From a virus (lineage: Duplodnaviria > Caudoviricetes), in IMG/VR virus record IMGVR_UViG_3300025356_000006, positions 1-30,814 of that record: a stretch of DNA of 30,814 bases; one strand, given 5' to 3'. The notes under the pieces are model-generated. The model made no database searches. It was not told the DNA's origin and saw only the letters and a list, made by a program, of their open reading frames with translations. Positions 15,136-23,959 of the stretch are shown here, one piece after another; position 1 is the first letter of the stretch, and each line of letters starts with the position of its first letter. Both the position numbers and the translations under genes were made by a program.

Positions 15136-16689
15136 TTATGCTTTCGGTGTTAATGACGCTACTTGAGATTGTAGGGTTGTTACTTGGGCAGAGAGTTCTT
15201 GAATGGCTTTTGTTAAAATTGAAATCATATTGCCTTCAACAATACCCAAAAATGATTCAATTACCGCAGGAGTAATTACATTTCCCGCCTCATCTTTTAC
15301 TTCATCGGTAATGGTACAAATACTTTCTTTAATAATACTATTTACAAAATTTGTTTCCGATAATGCAGTTTGTACTTCTTGAGCTAAAAATCCTACTGTT
15401 ACATTTTTTGTATCAAAATCATGTACTGCGTGTTTTTTCCAATTAAATGATACTGGGTTTAGCTTATTTACTAATGTTAATGAACCAGTTAAAGGAGTTA
15501 CATTTGTTTTGTAATTAGCATCTGATGTTGCAATAGTGCTTGACGTAGCAAATATTTGACTATTAACTTGTAATTTATATGAACCATTAGAACTTGTATA
15601 ACCAATCAACAAATTACCAGCGTTAGTTAAACGCATATCTTCTACGTACTGTCCTGCTGTTCCACTATAACCTTGCCATACAAAATCATCGTATCCACTA
15701 GAGTTTTGGACTACACCGAAAAAATCTTGGCTTGTTGCACCAAAATTAGTAAAATTAATTCCACCATATGAGTTTGTTGCATTACCAAAATTTATTCTGA
15801 TTTGACCACCAACATAAGAATTTGCGCTATAACTTGTTGTGGCTGTTGTGTCTACTCTAACAACTGAATTTGAATTAGGTGCAGTAGAACCACCATTTAC
15901 GTGTAAAAATGAAGCAGGGCTAGTTGTACCAATACCCAAACGGTGATTTGTAGCATCCCAAAATAAATTAGAATCTGTTGATAAAGCATTTGATGTTGAA
16001 CCAAAAGGTATATAACCAGCAGTAACACTTGTTAATCCAGTTCCACCTTCTGCCGTTGTAATTGGCGTAGATAAAGAAGAAATTGTTGCATTGGTTAATG
16101 TGACATTACCAAAAGAAGTAACAGTACTTCCTAAAGAGACAGAGGTATTTCCAATAGTTACCGAATTATTTGTTAAAAAACTATTGGGAAATGTTGTCTT
16201 AACGCTAGATATGGTTGCGTTTGTATAAGTTACATTATTTTCTGTTCCACTTGTAATTGTTACATTAGCAAGAGTTAAATTACCAACCGTAGATGTTGTG
16301 CTACCTAGTGTTAATGTGGCGTTACCAAGCGTGATTGTGCTATTTGCTAAACCTGTATTGGGTATAGTTGTAGAAGCAGTTACATTTCCTGTGCCGTCAT
16401 TTCCGTAAAGATAACCTGTTAAACCCGTTGTAGAAACATTTGCCAAAGCAATATTTCCTAGTGATGTAGCTGTGCCACCAAGAGATATTGTTGTGTTTCC
16501 AATCGTGATGGAACTATTGGATAACTGGCTATTTGCAATACTACCTAGTGTTCCACCTAACGTGATATTTCCACTAGATGTTACGTTTCCAGTAAGTGTT
16601 ATTCCGTTGACAGTGCCGTTACCCTGCACCTGTGTGACAGTACCATTTCCAAAAGCACTTGTATTAATAAGTTGTACTGTTTTTAACAT
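15136..16689 (-). CDS. Tail fibre with C-terminal intramolecular chaperone (peptidase S74-like)
   Basis: Repeated NSSITIGNT.ISLG units, RLGIGTTSP and MRLTNAGNLLIG fibre motifs, TSDANYKTNV (SD..K) cleavage motif, GFLAQEV, and a terminal coiled coil (LTKAIQELSAQV). Confidence 0.85.
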   Translation of the reverse strand: MLKTVQLINTSAFGNGTVTQVQGNGTVNGITLTGNVTSSGNITLGGTLGSIANSQLSNSSITIGNTTISLGGTATSLGNIALANVSTTGLTGYLYGNDGTGNVTASTTIPNTGLANSTITLGNATLTLGSTTSTVGNLTLANVTITSGTENNVTYTNATISSVKTTFPNSFLTNNSVTIGNTSVSLGSTVTSFGNVTLTNATISSLSTPITTAEGGTGLTSVTAGYIPFGSTSNALSTDSNLFWDATNHRLGIGTTSPASFLHVNGGSTAPNSNSVVRVDTTATTSYSANSYVGGQIRINFGNATNSYGGINFTNFGATSQDFFGVVQNSSGYDDFVWQGYSGTAGQYVEDMRLTNAGNLLIGYTSSNGSYKLQVNSQIFATSSTIATSDANYKTNVTPLTGSLTLVNKLNPVSFNWKKHAVHDFDTKNVTVGFLAQEVQTALSETNFVNSIIKESICTITDEVKDEAGNVITPAVIESFLGIVEGNMISILTKAIQELSAQVTTLQSQVASLTPKA

Positions 16690-16692
16690 AAT

Positions 16693-16986
16693 TTATCCTG
16701 TAAATTCAATAATGTCGCCAACATTTAAAGAACTTGCAAAAGTTACTGAAGTTCCATTAGATGCTTCTGTGTAATTTAATCCAATAATTTGTTTGCTTCC
16801 ATTAACGTAAACTTTCAAACTATTATTACCAGCAGTAAAATTAGGAGTAACAGCGTATGTTGTTGTTACATTAGATGTCACTGTTAAATTGCTAGATAAA
16901 GCATAAATAGTCGCAAAATTTGCGTCCAATTCAGACAAAGGAACTGGACTGGTTGCCGTTGCAAAAGTAAATGGAACTGTACTCAT
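16693..16986 (-). CDS. Small tail-associated protein
   Basis: PLSELDANF N-terminal motif and a VYVNG.KQ...NYTE...VTF..SL..GD.I beta module seen in tail proteins. Confidence 0.6.
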   Translation of the reverse strand: MSTVPFTFATATSPVPLSELDANFATIYALSSNLTVTSNVTTTYAVTPNFTAGNNSLKVYVNGSKQIIGLNYTEASNGTSVTFASSLNVGDIIEFTG

Positions 16987-16987
16987 T

Positions 16988-19207
16988 TTAAAACCTTACT
17001 CTTAATTCGTGTTCAAATTCAAATGTGTTAACAATAAATCCAGCAGTATTAGATGTTAATGTTAACCCTAAATATTTACCATATTGTCTTGCATCATTTT
17101 TATATAAAAAATACCCAAGCGTATCTGTCCAAGCAATTTGATTGCCAGAATTGTTTGTCCAAGGAATAATAGTTCCATAATTGTTTATCCATGTTGCTTC
17201 ATCTATTAAAGTTACAACTGGACTAGAACCATATTCAGAATCAACCGTTACATTCAAAGGCGCACCCGCCGCGCCTGTTGCTTCAATTCCAAATTTTGTT
17301 GCTTGCTTAGTTCTGATAGGGTCGCCCATATCCATCAAAGCAGTTTGAACATAACTTGATATAGCATCAGATGTGTTTGAATAAAGTTGATATAAGGTTG
17401 TTCCGTCTGTGCCATATAAATTTACTTTTCCTCCAACTGGCGCAGAAACTATGTATTGCAAATTATTAACACCGCTGGTAAAAAACCATTTCTTTTCAAA
17501 AAATACTGCTTGTATATAACGGTTTGAAGTGCTAGTTCCTTGACCGCCTTGATAATAAAAATTAAATGCGGCGCATAAAATATTGTTAATGAGTACCTGA
17601 CCGCCATAAACAGCGTGCGTTGCAAATTCAATATTGGTAAAAATACCATCAAGAGGGTCACTAATTTTTGATGTGGTTGAGCCAACCAGCGCATAAATTC
17701 CATAATTGTTCATGAAAAGAACGGAGCGAAAATATGGAAATATGGCGTATGGCAGTTTTGTGCCAACAGAAGCAGATACGTTTGTATTGGTAAAAATTGT
17801 AGAACCAGTAGAAGTTACCCTAACATCTGAAAATACATTGATGGAATCGTCGCCAAAAATATATAAAAAATTATTTGCAGAAAGCAGTTGTTGAATGTTG
17901 CCGTGCAAAGTAGAGTCTGAAATGTTGACGTTGCCTGCGGACACAGAAATAAAATCTGAATAAGACCCGGCGGCTGAATAGTAAACCGTTCTTCCTTGGG
18001 CAATCCAAACACGACCAGAGAATGATGCAATGCCCACGTTTTGAGATGTACTCACAATCGCCGTAGCGGTTGCGTTGGTAGTTGCTCCGCCCCCAGTAAT
18101 GGTAACTGTGGGCGCTGTGGTATAACCAGAGCCGGGGTTTGTCATTACAACTTCAGTAACAATTCCTCCGGAAATAATAGCTGTACCCGCCGCACTGGTT
18201 CCTCCGCCTCCTGTAATCGTAACAACGGTATTAGCGGCATTTGTATATCCTGCTCCACCAGTATTAATTTGCACATAAACCGTTCCCGTTGCAAATGTTG
18301 TATATCCAGCAACTGCGGACGCCCCACTTCCTCCACCACCAGAAAAACTTATTGTGGGCGCAGTGTTGTATCCTGAACCAGCATTTGTAAGGATAACTGA
18401 TGTAACTAAACCAGTATCTACAACTCCAGTAGCTGTTGCAGTTGTTCCACTTGGAGGAGCAGAAATTGTAATAGTTGGGGCGCTGGTATACCCTGAGCCG
18501 GGATTGGTAACCGTTAGTACAACCACGTTTCCGTTTTGAATACCCGCAGAAATGGTTGCGCCTGAGCCTCCACCACCGCTAACCGAGACAGACGGCACCG
18601 ATGTATAACCAGAGCCAATGTTGGTGATGTTGGTTGAGATTAGTGTTCCAGCGCCGGTTGTAATGGTTGCTACTGCTGTGGCTTGTATGCCATTTGCATT
18701 GTTAGGCGCAGAAATAATAACATTAGGAGCAGAGCTGTAACCAGAGCCTTGGTTTGTAATTCCTATGGCATTGACCGAACCCACAAATATTAAATTGGTG
18801 GTATCCCATGTAAAGTAACCTTTGTTGGGGTCACTGATTAAGGCTTCGGTGTTTTTCCATTGACTGACATTGATATTTCCTGTGGTGCTAAAAGTTCCAA
18901 TTGGCGCCACATTGCCTTTGGTTAAATTTTCAATATTAACGTATTCACAACGACCATCTATTTCAAAAGCCAACAAATAATCTGTTAAATTAAGATTAAC
19001 AGAGGCTAAATAAATAACGGTGTTAGCAAAAGTTACTCCTAAATTGGTATATGTAGGCGTAATTTTAAGATTGCCAAAACCAATAGGCATGGCATTTTCT
19101 AGCCATGAAAATTCAGCTTCTTCTATGGCAGTGCGGTTTGCCTTGGTGTTAACGCCTTTAAATTGCTTAACAACCTTGTATGATTTTTTTTGTTCTGCGG
19201 ATGCCAT
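16988..19207 (-). CDS. Tail nozzle / head-closure (beta-propeller-like) protein with inserted repeat array
   Basis: FKGVNTK...ENAMP N-terminus and FSGRVW...VYYS motif. Size and position after the adaptor fit the P22 gp10 / T7 gp12 role (inference). Confidence 0.6.
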   Translation of the reverse strand: MASAEQKKSYKVVKQFKGVNTKANRTAIEEAEFSWLENAMPIGFGNLKITPTYTNLGVTFANTVIYLASVNLNLTDYLLAFEIDGRCEYVNIENLTKGNVAPIGTFSTTGNINVSQWKNTEALISDPNKGYFTWDTTNLIFVGSVNAIGITNQGSGYSSAPNVIISAPNNANGIQATAVATITTGAGTLISTNITNIGSGYTSVPSVSVSGGGGSGATISAGIQNGNVVVLTVTNPGSGYTSAPTITISAPPSGTTATATGVVDTGLVTSVILTNAGSGYNTAPTISFSGGGGSGASAVAGYTTFATGTVYVQINTGGAGYTNAANTVVTITGGGGTSAAGTAIISGGIVTEVVMTNPGSGYTTAPTVTITGGGATTNATATAIVSTSQNVGIASFSGRVWIAQGRTVYYSAAGSYSDFISVSAGNVNISDSTLHGNIQQLLSANNFLYIFGDDSINVFSDVRVTSTGSTIFTNTNVSASVGTKLPYAIFPYFRSVLFMNNYGIYALVGSTTSKISDPLDGIFTNIEFATHAVYGGQVLINNILCAAFNFYYQGGQGTSTSNRYIQAVFFEKKWFFTSGVNNLQYIVSAPVGGKVNLYGTDGTTLYQLYSNTSDAISSYVQTALMDMGDPIRTKQATKFGIEATGAAGAPLNVTVDSEYGSSPVVTLIDEATWINNYGTIIPWTNNSGNQIAWTDTLGYFLYKNDARQYGKYLGLTLTSNTAGFIVNTFEFEHELRVRF
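18050..18780 (-). repeat. Six degenerate ~40-aa protein repeats (TNxGSGYTxAPxVxIxGGGG)
   Basis: ITNQGSGYSSAP, ITNIGSGYTSVP, VTNPGSGYTSAP, LTNAGSGYNTAP, INTGGAGYTNAA, MTNPGSGYTTAP. Boundaries approximate. Confidence 0.85.
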
Positions 19208-20068
19208 TTAGAATAAACTCGAATAAGGGTCTGGCATCCTCCTAGTAAATGTAGTTGCCAGTACAGATTGCATATGCTTGGTGTATTCTTGTTTGTATAT
19301 TTCGGCTTCGCCAAAAGACTGTTCGTAGTATTTTGCAAGATACGCCGCGTAAAACTGTACGGGTGAGTAATATGGGTCGTTGATAGAGTCTACATCACTA
19401 AGATTTACCAAAGGTGTTGGCAATATTACGGTATCTACTTCGATGGTGTAAACCTGATCTGGAACTGGCGAGATGTAAATGGTCTGTTGACCATACACAG
19501 AAAAACAAATAGGTCTTCCAATATAGTTTTGCCAAAAACGCAACTGTGCATTGAATTGGGTCCAAGGCAAATAGCGCATGGGAACACGGGTATTTCCCCA
19601 GTACAAATTGATATTTAAAACGTCCAGCGTTTGCAAACCTTGAGGCAAGCAAGAAAACTGAATTTGCTCACAAGGAGCCACATATTGCAAATACGCCGAA
19701 CCATTTTGAAAGGGCGTACTGGGTGGGTAATTTTGATAGATGGTGGACGAGCCACTAGGGTAAGCAGGCGGCGTTGAGCCTAAAGTACCAGCAGTTGTAA
19801 CTTGATAGATAAAAATATTTGAAAAAACATAATCACCAAGGTTGACAGCTTGGTTTGCGACCCAATTATATGGATATGCGCCACCGGGGACTGGGGTACA
19901 TGGGGCTTGCGAAACTTGAACAGTTCTTAAGCAACCAGTATCTCGGACAACTCTTTCCCGAGCCGAATTGATATTGTCAATTAGCTGTTGGTTGGTGTAG
20001 AAATTTGCATTTGCATCATGCAATAAATTTCTAACTTGATAAAGATAACCCGAGAGAGTTTGAGCCAT
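19208..20068 (-). CDS. Head-tail adaptor-like protein with inserted small beta domain
   Basis: Helical N-terminus (VRNLL.D....YTNQQLIDNINSA), GRP..F...I.I.PVPD..Y core and helical C-terminus. Positioned between capsid and nozzle genes. Confidence 0.6.
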   Translation of the reverse strand: MAQTLSGYLYQVRNLLHDANANFYTNQQLIDNINSARERVVRDTGCLRTVQVSQAPCTPVPGGAYPYNWVANQAVNLGDYVFSNIFIYQVTTAGTLGSTPPAYPSGSSTIYQNYPPSTPFQNGSAYLQYVAPCEQIQFSCLPQGLQTLDVLNINLYWGNTRVPMRYLPWTQFNAQLRFWQNYIGRPICFSVYGQQTIYISPVPDQVYTIEVDTVILPTPLVNLSDVDSINDPYYSPVQFYAAYLAKYYEQSFGEAEIYKQEYTKHMQSVLATTFTRRMPDPYSSLF

Positions 20069-20080
20069 TGACCTTCCATC

Positions 20081-20401
20081 TTATGCGTGGACATTTCCCC
20101 CCGCCCTCTTTGAGGAAGGAAGGGGTACTCTTTCCATCACCGGGGATAACGAGTGATTCTGTTTTGGAGGTTCTAAAGAAATTTGAATTTTCTCTAAAAT
20201 CTCCATGCCTTGAGGCAAGTCATTTTTTGTTTTGATAAGACCAAGTCGCGTTAGATACGGTTCTTTGTCTTTGTCGTGATAACCAAATATGTGATTAACA
20301 GCATCATCAGGAGCCTCCACTGTTTGATTGACCGGAAAGGTGTACACCTGAAAGGCGTAGTCAAACACTATGGGCTTTTCCCAATTATTTGTTACAAACA
20401 T
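20081..20401 (-). CDS. Hypothetical protein
   Basis: AGGGGA RBS and operon position. Confidence 0.7.
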   Translation of the reverse strand: MFVTNNWEKPIVFDYAFQVYTFPVNQTVEAPDDAVNHIFGYHDKDKEPYLTRLGLIKTKNDLPQGMEILEKIQISLEPPKQNHSLSPVMERVPLPSSKRAGGNVHA

Positions 20402-20423
20402 AATTATCCCCTATCAAAACAAA

Positions 20424-20876
20424 TTAAAAAGTTACAACGTCTCCGTACACGCGAATATCACAAGTGTTGGAGTTACCAGACACAGTGTTGATGTTCACAT
20501 ACAAAGCTGAAGTAACTGCACCTGATACAACCGTGTTTCCGTTATAAGGTGAAGCAATTGTCAAATCTTGGTACAAACCAGTTCCTGTGAGTGTCACTTG
20601 GGCATTTGCAACAACAAGGTTTGCACCGTCGTTGGTTGTTCCAATAGACACATAAGCACTTGATAAGCTACCAGACGGATTTTGCAGAGTAATTCTTCTG
20701 ATTATGATTCCGCCTGAATTGGCTGTTGCTCCGCCCTTAGTCAAGCCACCACTCAAAATGGGAAGTGCAATGACCGCATTTCCTGATGTATTGAGTTGAG
20801 TAGCCTGAATAACAGCCACACGACCATATCCAAAACTGTCAAGGTAATACTGACTGACTGAATCTGGACTAGCCAT
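20424..20876 (-). CDS. Putative capsid decoration/minor structural protein
   Basis: AAGGAG RBS, beta-rich S/T/G/N composition, second gene after the capsid. Confidence 0.55.
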   Translation of the reverse strand: MASPDSVSQYYLDSFGYGRVAVIQATQLNTSGNAVIALPILSGGLTKGGATANSGGIIIRRITLQNPSGSLSSAYVSIGTTNDGANLVVANAQVTLTGTGLYQDLTIASPYNGNTVVSGAVTSALYVNINTVSGNSNTCDIRVYGDVVTF

Positions 20877-20886
20877 GTGTTACTCC

Positions 20887-21228
20887 TTAGGTTGGTCCAA
20901 CAAATGTACCTGAGACAGCATAACCACTGTTTACGCCATACAGCGTTACAGTGACGTTGCCACCTAAAGACAATGCTTGAACATTAGAGCCGTCAGACCA
21001 AACAATTCCTGCTGTGTTGTTTGCTACAACATTGGTCCACGTTGCCGCAGACAAGTTGTTTGAACTGTTAAATTGAATAACTACGTTAGCTGTTGGCAAC
21101 AACTGGTAAAAGCCCACCGGAACGGTGACACCAGCGGTTGTTGCAGTAATGTTAGATGCTTCAAAATATGCACCAGCAGTGTTGGTTGCCGCATTGGCTA
21201 ATAGAATTTTATTGGGTGAAAGTGACAT
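20887..21228 (-). CDS. Putative capsid decoration protein
   Basis: TAAGGA RBS, A/T/N/V-rich, immediately downstream of the major capsid gene. Confidence 0.55.
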   Translation of the reverse strand: MSLSPNKILLANAATNTAGAYFEASNITATTAGVTVPVGFYQLLPTANVVIQFNSSNNLSAATWTNVVANNTAGIVWSDGSNVQALSLGGNVTVTLYGVNSGYAVSGTFVGPT

Positions 21229-21239
21229 AATTTACTTCC

Positions 21240-22241
21240 TTATAATGAAATAGAGTTGTAACCCGTCACTTGAGTCATGGTCTTGGGCTTGGTAGATACC
21301 AATTCCGCAATCATAAGCACAGCGCCCACATAACCAATTTGCCAGTTAGGCAGTGTTGATTCAAATCCTGTAAACACAAACGAACCTTGCTCATGGATGT
21401 AGAGCGATAGATAATTCATGTTAAGGAAATAAACAATACCTTCAGGACAATAAGGGTCTGGATAGATAGGCACACCAGCAACCATTAAAGCGCGGAATGC
21501 CGCTTGAGGACCGTTGCCATCACCATCAAATCCGTTTCCGGGTGTAATAACATACTGCTCTTGACCCACAAAGTCTTGCGCCAAAAGCGTCCAAGTTCCA
21601 AATCCGCAAATACCAAAAGTAGGCACTTCAGCGCCACGTTTTACGGTACCAGAAATGTACTGAAGAATGTTTTGTCTTGTTGGGTTAACGTTACCAGCGG
21701 CGTACTGAGTTGAGCCCCACCATTGATAAGTTGAACGAGAAATATTTCCATAGGTGCCAGACGAAGAGACAGCGGCTGGTAATCCAATAAATTGTTGGGT
21801 ATTGGTTGTATTGTTATACAACGCAGTAGCCATCGCATCCATCATGACGTTTGTGGCGTCATTCATACGAGCTTCAATTAATGGAATAATAGCGGCGTCT
21901 TGCTGTACCGCGCCCTCCATACCGAGAAACGGCACTGGAGCAATCATTAGTTTCAGATCAAATTCAGCATTGTAAGCACCTTGTTGGACGGCTGGCTGGT
22001 TAAATGAACCAGAATAATCCGACCACTGGGCGTTCACAAATTGCGAACCTTGCACTGGAACTGTTACTGAAGATACACCACCTGAGGCTTGTTGACTGTT
22101 TGCAATCAACGCCGCAAGTAAAGGCGTACTGTTATAAAGTTGAACAACCAGCTTGGGGATGAACGCTCTACGAGTGACGTAAGTCAGCTCGGTATATTGC
22201 GAACTACCCGTTGCCGGAATAATACCGCCACCAATAGGCAT
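21240..22241 (-). CDS. Major capsid protein (HK97 fold expected)
   Basis: 333 aa, GGAG RBS, follows a scaffold-like gene. ELTYVTRRAFIPKLVVQLYNSTPL start and GVPIYPDPYCP...YFLN motif typical of capsid proteins. Confidence 0.8.
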   Translation of the reverse strand: MPIGGGIIPATGSSQYTELTYVTRRAFIPKLVVQLYNSTPLLAALIANSQQASGGVSSVTVPVQGSQFVNAQWSDYSGSFNQPAVQQGAYNAEFDLKLMIAPVPFLGMEGAVQQDAAIIPLIEARMNDATNVMMDAMATALYNNTTNTQQFIGLPAAVSSSGTYGNISRSTYQWWGSTQYAAGNVNPTRQNILQYISGTVKRGAEVPTFGICGFGTWTLLAQDFVGQEQYVITPGNGFDGDGNGPQAAFRALMVAGVPIYPDPYCPEGIVYFLNMNYLSLYIHEQGSFVFTGFESTLPNWQIGYVGAVLMIAELVSTKPKTMTQVTGYNSISL

Positions 22242-22272
22242 AATTTATCTCCGAAAAAAAATATCCCCTAAT

Positions 22273-22809
22273 TTAAAATCCAATAGGTCTTACATTTCCT
22301 TTGCGTAAGTCCGTCAAGGCTCTTGATGCTTCATCCCTTGCCGCGGTGACATGGTTCTTCCAAAATGGTTTAAGGTTGAACTTGGCAAGTGGATTTGGCT
22401 GATAACCACCAGTTGCAGATGTTGGTGTTGCGGCTTGACGCATCCATTCCCAATAATCTGCGGCGGCTTCATGATTGGTAATTCCTTTATCAATCATAAT
22501 TTTTTCTACTTCAGGTATGTCTTGCTCAGATAATCCCCGTTTAATCAAACGGTTGCGCCGAGCTTCTAAATCTTGAACCGCGTCTTTTTCGCGCAATTTG
22601 TTTTCAAGTTCATTGACTCTTTGTTCTGCGCGAAGCACTGCGTTATTGGTTTTTGCTTCAATATCAAGTTCTGGTATTGGCATATCAGGATTAATTTCCC
22701 TAACCAATCCTAAAAACTTAGGACGAATTTTTGGGTCATCCGACATTTTTTTAACCAACAAAGCAAGCTCATCCCGTTGTTCAAACGATAAATCTTCTAA
22801 ACTATTCAT
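22273..22809 (-). CDS. Scaffolding-like protein
   Basis: Charged coiled-coil protein directly upstream of the capsid gene. AGGGGA RBS. Confidence 0.6.
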   Translation of the reverse strand: MNSLEDLSFEQRDELALLVKKMSDDPKIRPKFLGLVREINPDMPIPELDIEAKTNNAVLRAEQRVNELENKLREKDAVQDLEARRNRLIKRGLSEQDIPEVEKIMIDKGITNHEAAADYWEWMRQAATPTSATGGYQPNPLAKFNLKPFWKNHVTAARDEASRALTDLRKGNVRPIGF

Positions 22810-22827
22810 ACATATCCCCTGTTGTTA

Positions 22828-23013
22828 TTAAATTACTCTTTTTCCATCACCGGGTTTTTCAACGTGCATTTTGTTTTTTGGTCCGGCTTTGGACGCATTG
22901 CTAAGTCCACCTAAGTGAGCAAAGCGTGGCGTGTTGGTAACAACGCCATTTTGTTGGTTGTCAGTGATTGGGTTTCTAGGTGCGCCCGCGGCGCGTGGCT
23001 TAAATAAATCCAT
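22828..23013 (-). CDS. Small basic hypothetical protein
   Basis: AAGGA RBS, 61 aa, fills the gap. Confidence 0.75.
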   Translation of the reverse strand: MDLFKPRAAGAPRNPITDNQQNGVVTNTPRFAHLGGLSNASKAGPKNKMHVEKPGDGKRVI

Positions 23014-23025
23014 GATGTTTCCTTT

Positions 23026-23529
23026 TTACATTGGAGGAGGAGTTGCGCCACCGGCAGGAGGCATACCGGGAGGCATACCAGCACCCGGCATCGGTGGCAA
23101 ATTGGGAACCGCCGGAGCTTGAGACATTGCCCGACCTTCTGGCGTAGCGCCTCCAGCTTGGGGCAAATTTTGTAGCATCTGAATAATTTCAGACTGCTGA
23201 AGTTCTTTTGTTTTGTTTTTCTTAGGACCAAGAACGGCTGTGAGTGAACGAATAGCGGCAAGCGCTTTTTGTCCTTCATCAGATTCCGAACCAAGGCTAG
23301 GCAGAGCTTGTTCAATCAAATCCATAGCCATTGAAAGATTGACCATTGCGCCTTCTTTATTTCCCATTTTGGGTTCAGGCGTAGTCATGGGTGAAGCCAT
23401 TGGTGGTGTTTCTGCGCCGGAAAGTGTTCCGGTATCAGCAGGAGGAGCAGAAGAACTTGCAGGCAAAGCGGTATCCGCACCGCGTTGGCTTTTAATTAAA
23501 TCCATCATTCTGTCTGGTGGAACGCTCAT
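23026..23529 (-). CDS. Pro/Met-rich hypothetical protein (167 aa)
   Basis: Start reassigned to ATG 23529 after GAGGA. Helical core flanked by low-complexity P/G/M segments. Confidence 0.75.
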   Translation of the reverse strand: MSVPPDRMMDLIKSQRGADTALPASSSAPPADTGTLSGAETPPMASPMTTPEPKMGNKEGAMVNLSMAMDLIEQALPSLGSESDEGQKALAAIRSLTAVLGPKKNKTKELQQSEIIQMLQNLPQAGGATPEGRAMSQAPAVPNLPPMPGAGMPPGMPPAGGATPPPM

Positions 23530-23568
23530 AAACTTCCTCAATTGTTAAACACAAATCAATTGAACCGA

Positions 23569-23597
23569 ACTATAACACTACTTAAGTGGGGAGGCAA
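23569..23597 (-). promoter_or_regulatory. Sigma70-like promoter for the capsid module
   Basis: TTGCCT-17 nt-TATAGT with an extended TGn, about 40 nt upstream of ATG 23529. Confidence 0.55.
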
Positions 23598-23670
23598 ATT
23601 TTGATTCCCGCCCCCCCAAAGGAACTTGGTTTTGGTCAAGCCAAATAACCTTAGAGGGCAAGCCCTCCAA
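23587..23670 (-). other. Three consecutive RNA hairpins
   Basis: TTGGAGGG-CTTG-CCCTCTAA (23651-23670), GGT(TA)TTTGG-CTTGA-CCAAAACC (23628-23650), and TGGGGGGGCGGG-8 nt-TTTGCCTCCCCA (23587-23618). The G-U pairs work only on the minus strand. Confidence 0.6.
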
Positions 23671-23672
23671 GA

Positions 23673-23711
23673 TTACTTGCGGCTCTTACGACCTTTACGA
23701 GCTTTACGCAT
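23673..23711 (-). CDS. 12-aa Arg/Lys micropeptide MRKARKGRKSRK (not in ORF track)
   Basis: GGAG RBS shortly before the ATG, (RKx) triplet periodicity with synonymous codon variation, and a TAA stop. Confidence 0.65.
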   Translation of the reverse strand: MRKARKGRKSRK

Positions 23712-23788
23712 AGTCTTCTCCATGGTTGAAGGCGGCGACCTTTGGTTGGGGAAGGAAGCCACACCCCTTTTTCTTCTCAGAAAAACTT

Positions 23789-23959
23789 TTATAACCTAAC
23801 CGTGTCTCTTGCTGTTCTTGTTGTTCTTTGAACGCCCAAATTGGGAGTTCCTGTGTTTCTGTACTGAATGGACGCTGGTTTGGACATCGCCCTTAAAGAT
23901 TCTGTGCTTACTCTAGGCTGATCTGCTTTTGGAGTTGTGTAACTTTTTGATGTTGCCAT
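23789..23959 (-). CDS. Small basic protein, 56 aa (not in ORF track)
   Basis: MATSKSYTTPKADQPRVSTESLRAMSKPASIQYRNTGTPNLGVQRTTRTARDTVRL*, with a TAATG overlap with the portal stop. Confidence 0.75.
   Translation of the reverse strand: MATSKSYTTPKADQPRVSTESLRAMSKPASIQYRNTGTPNLGVQRTTRTARDTVRL

Noticed and set aside
23587-23618. Intrinsic terminator call for the G-rich hairpin
   Set aside because: No U-tract follows on the transcribed strand.
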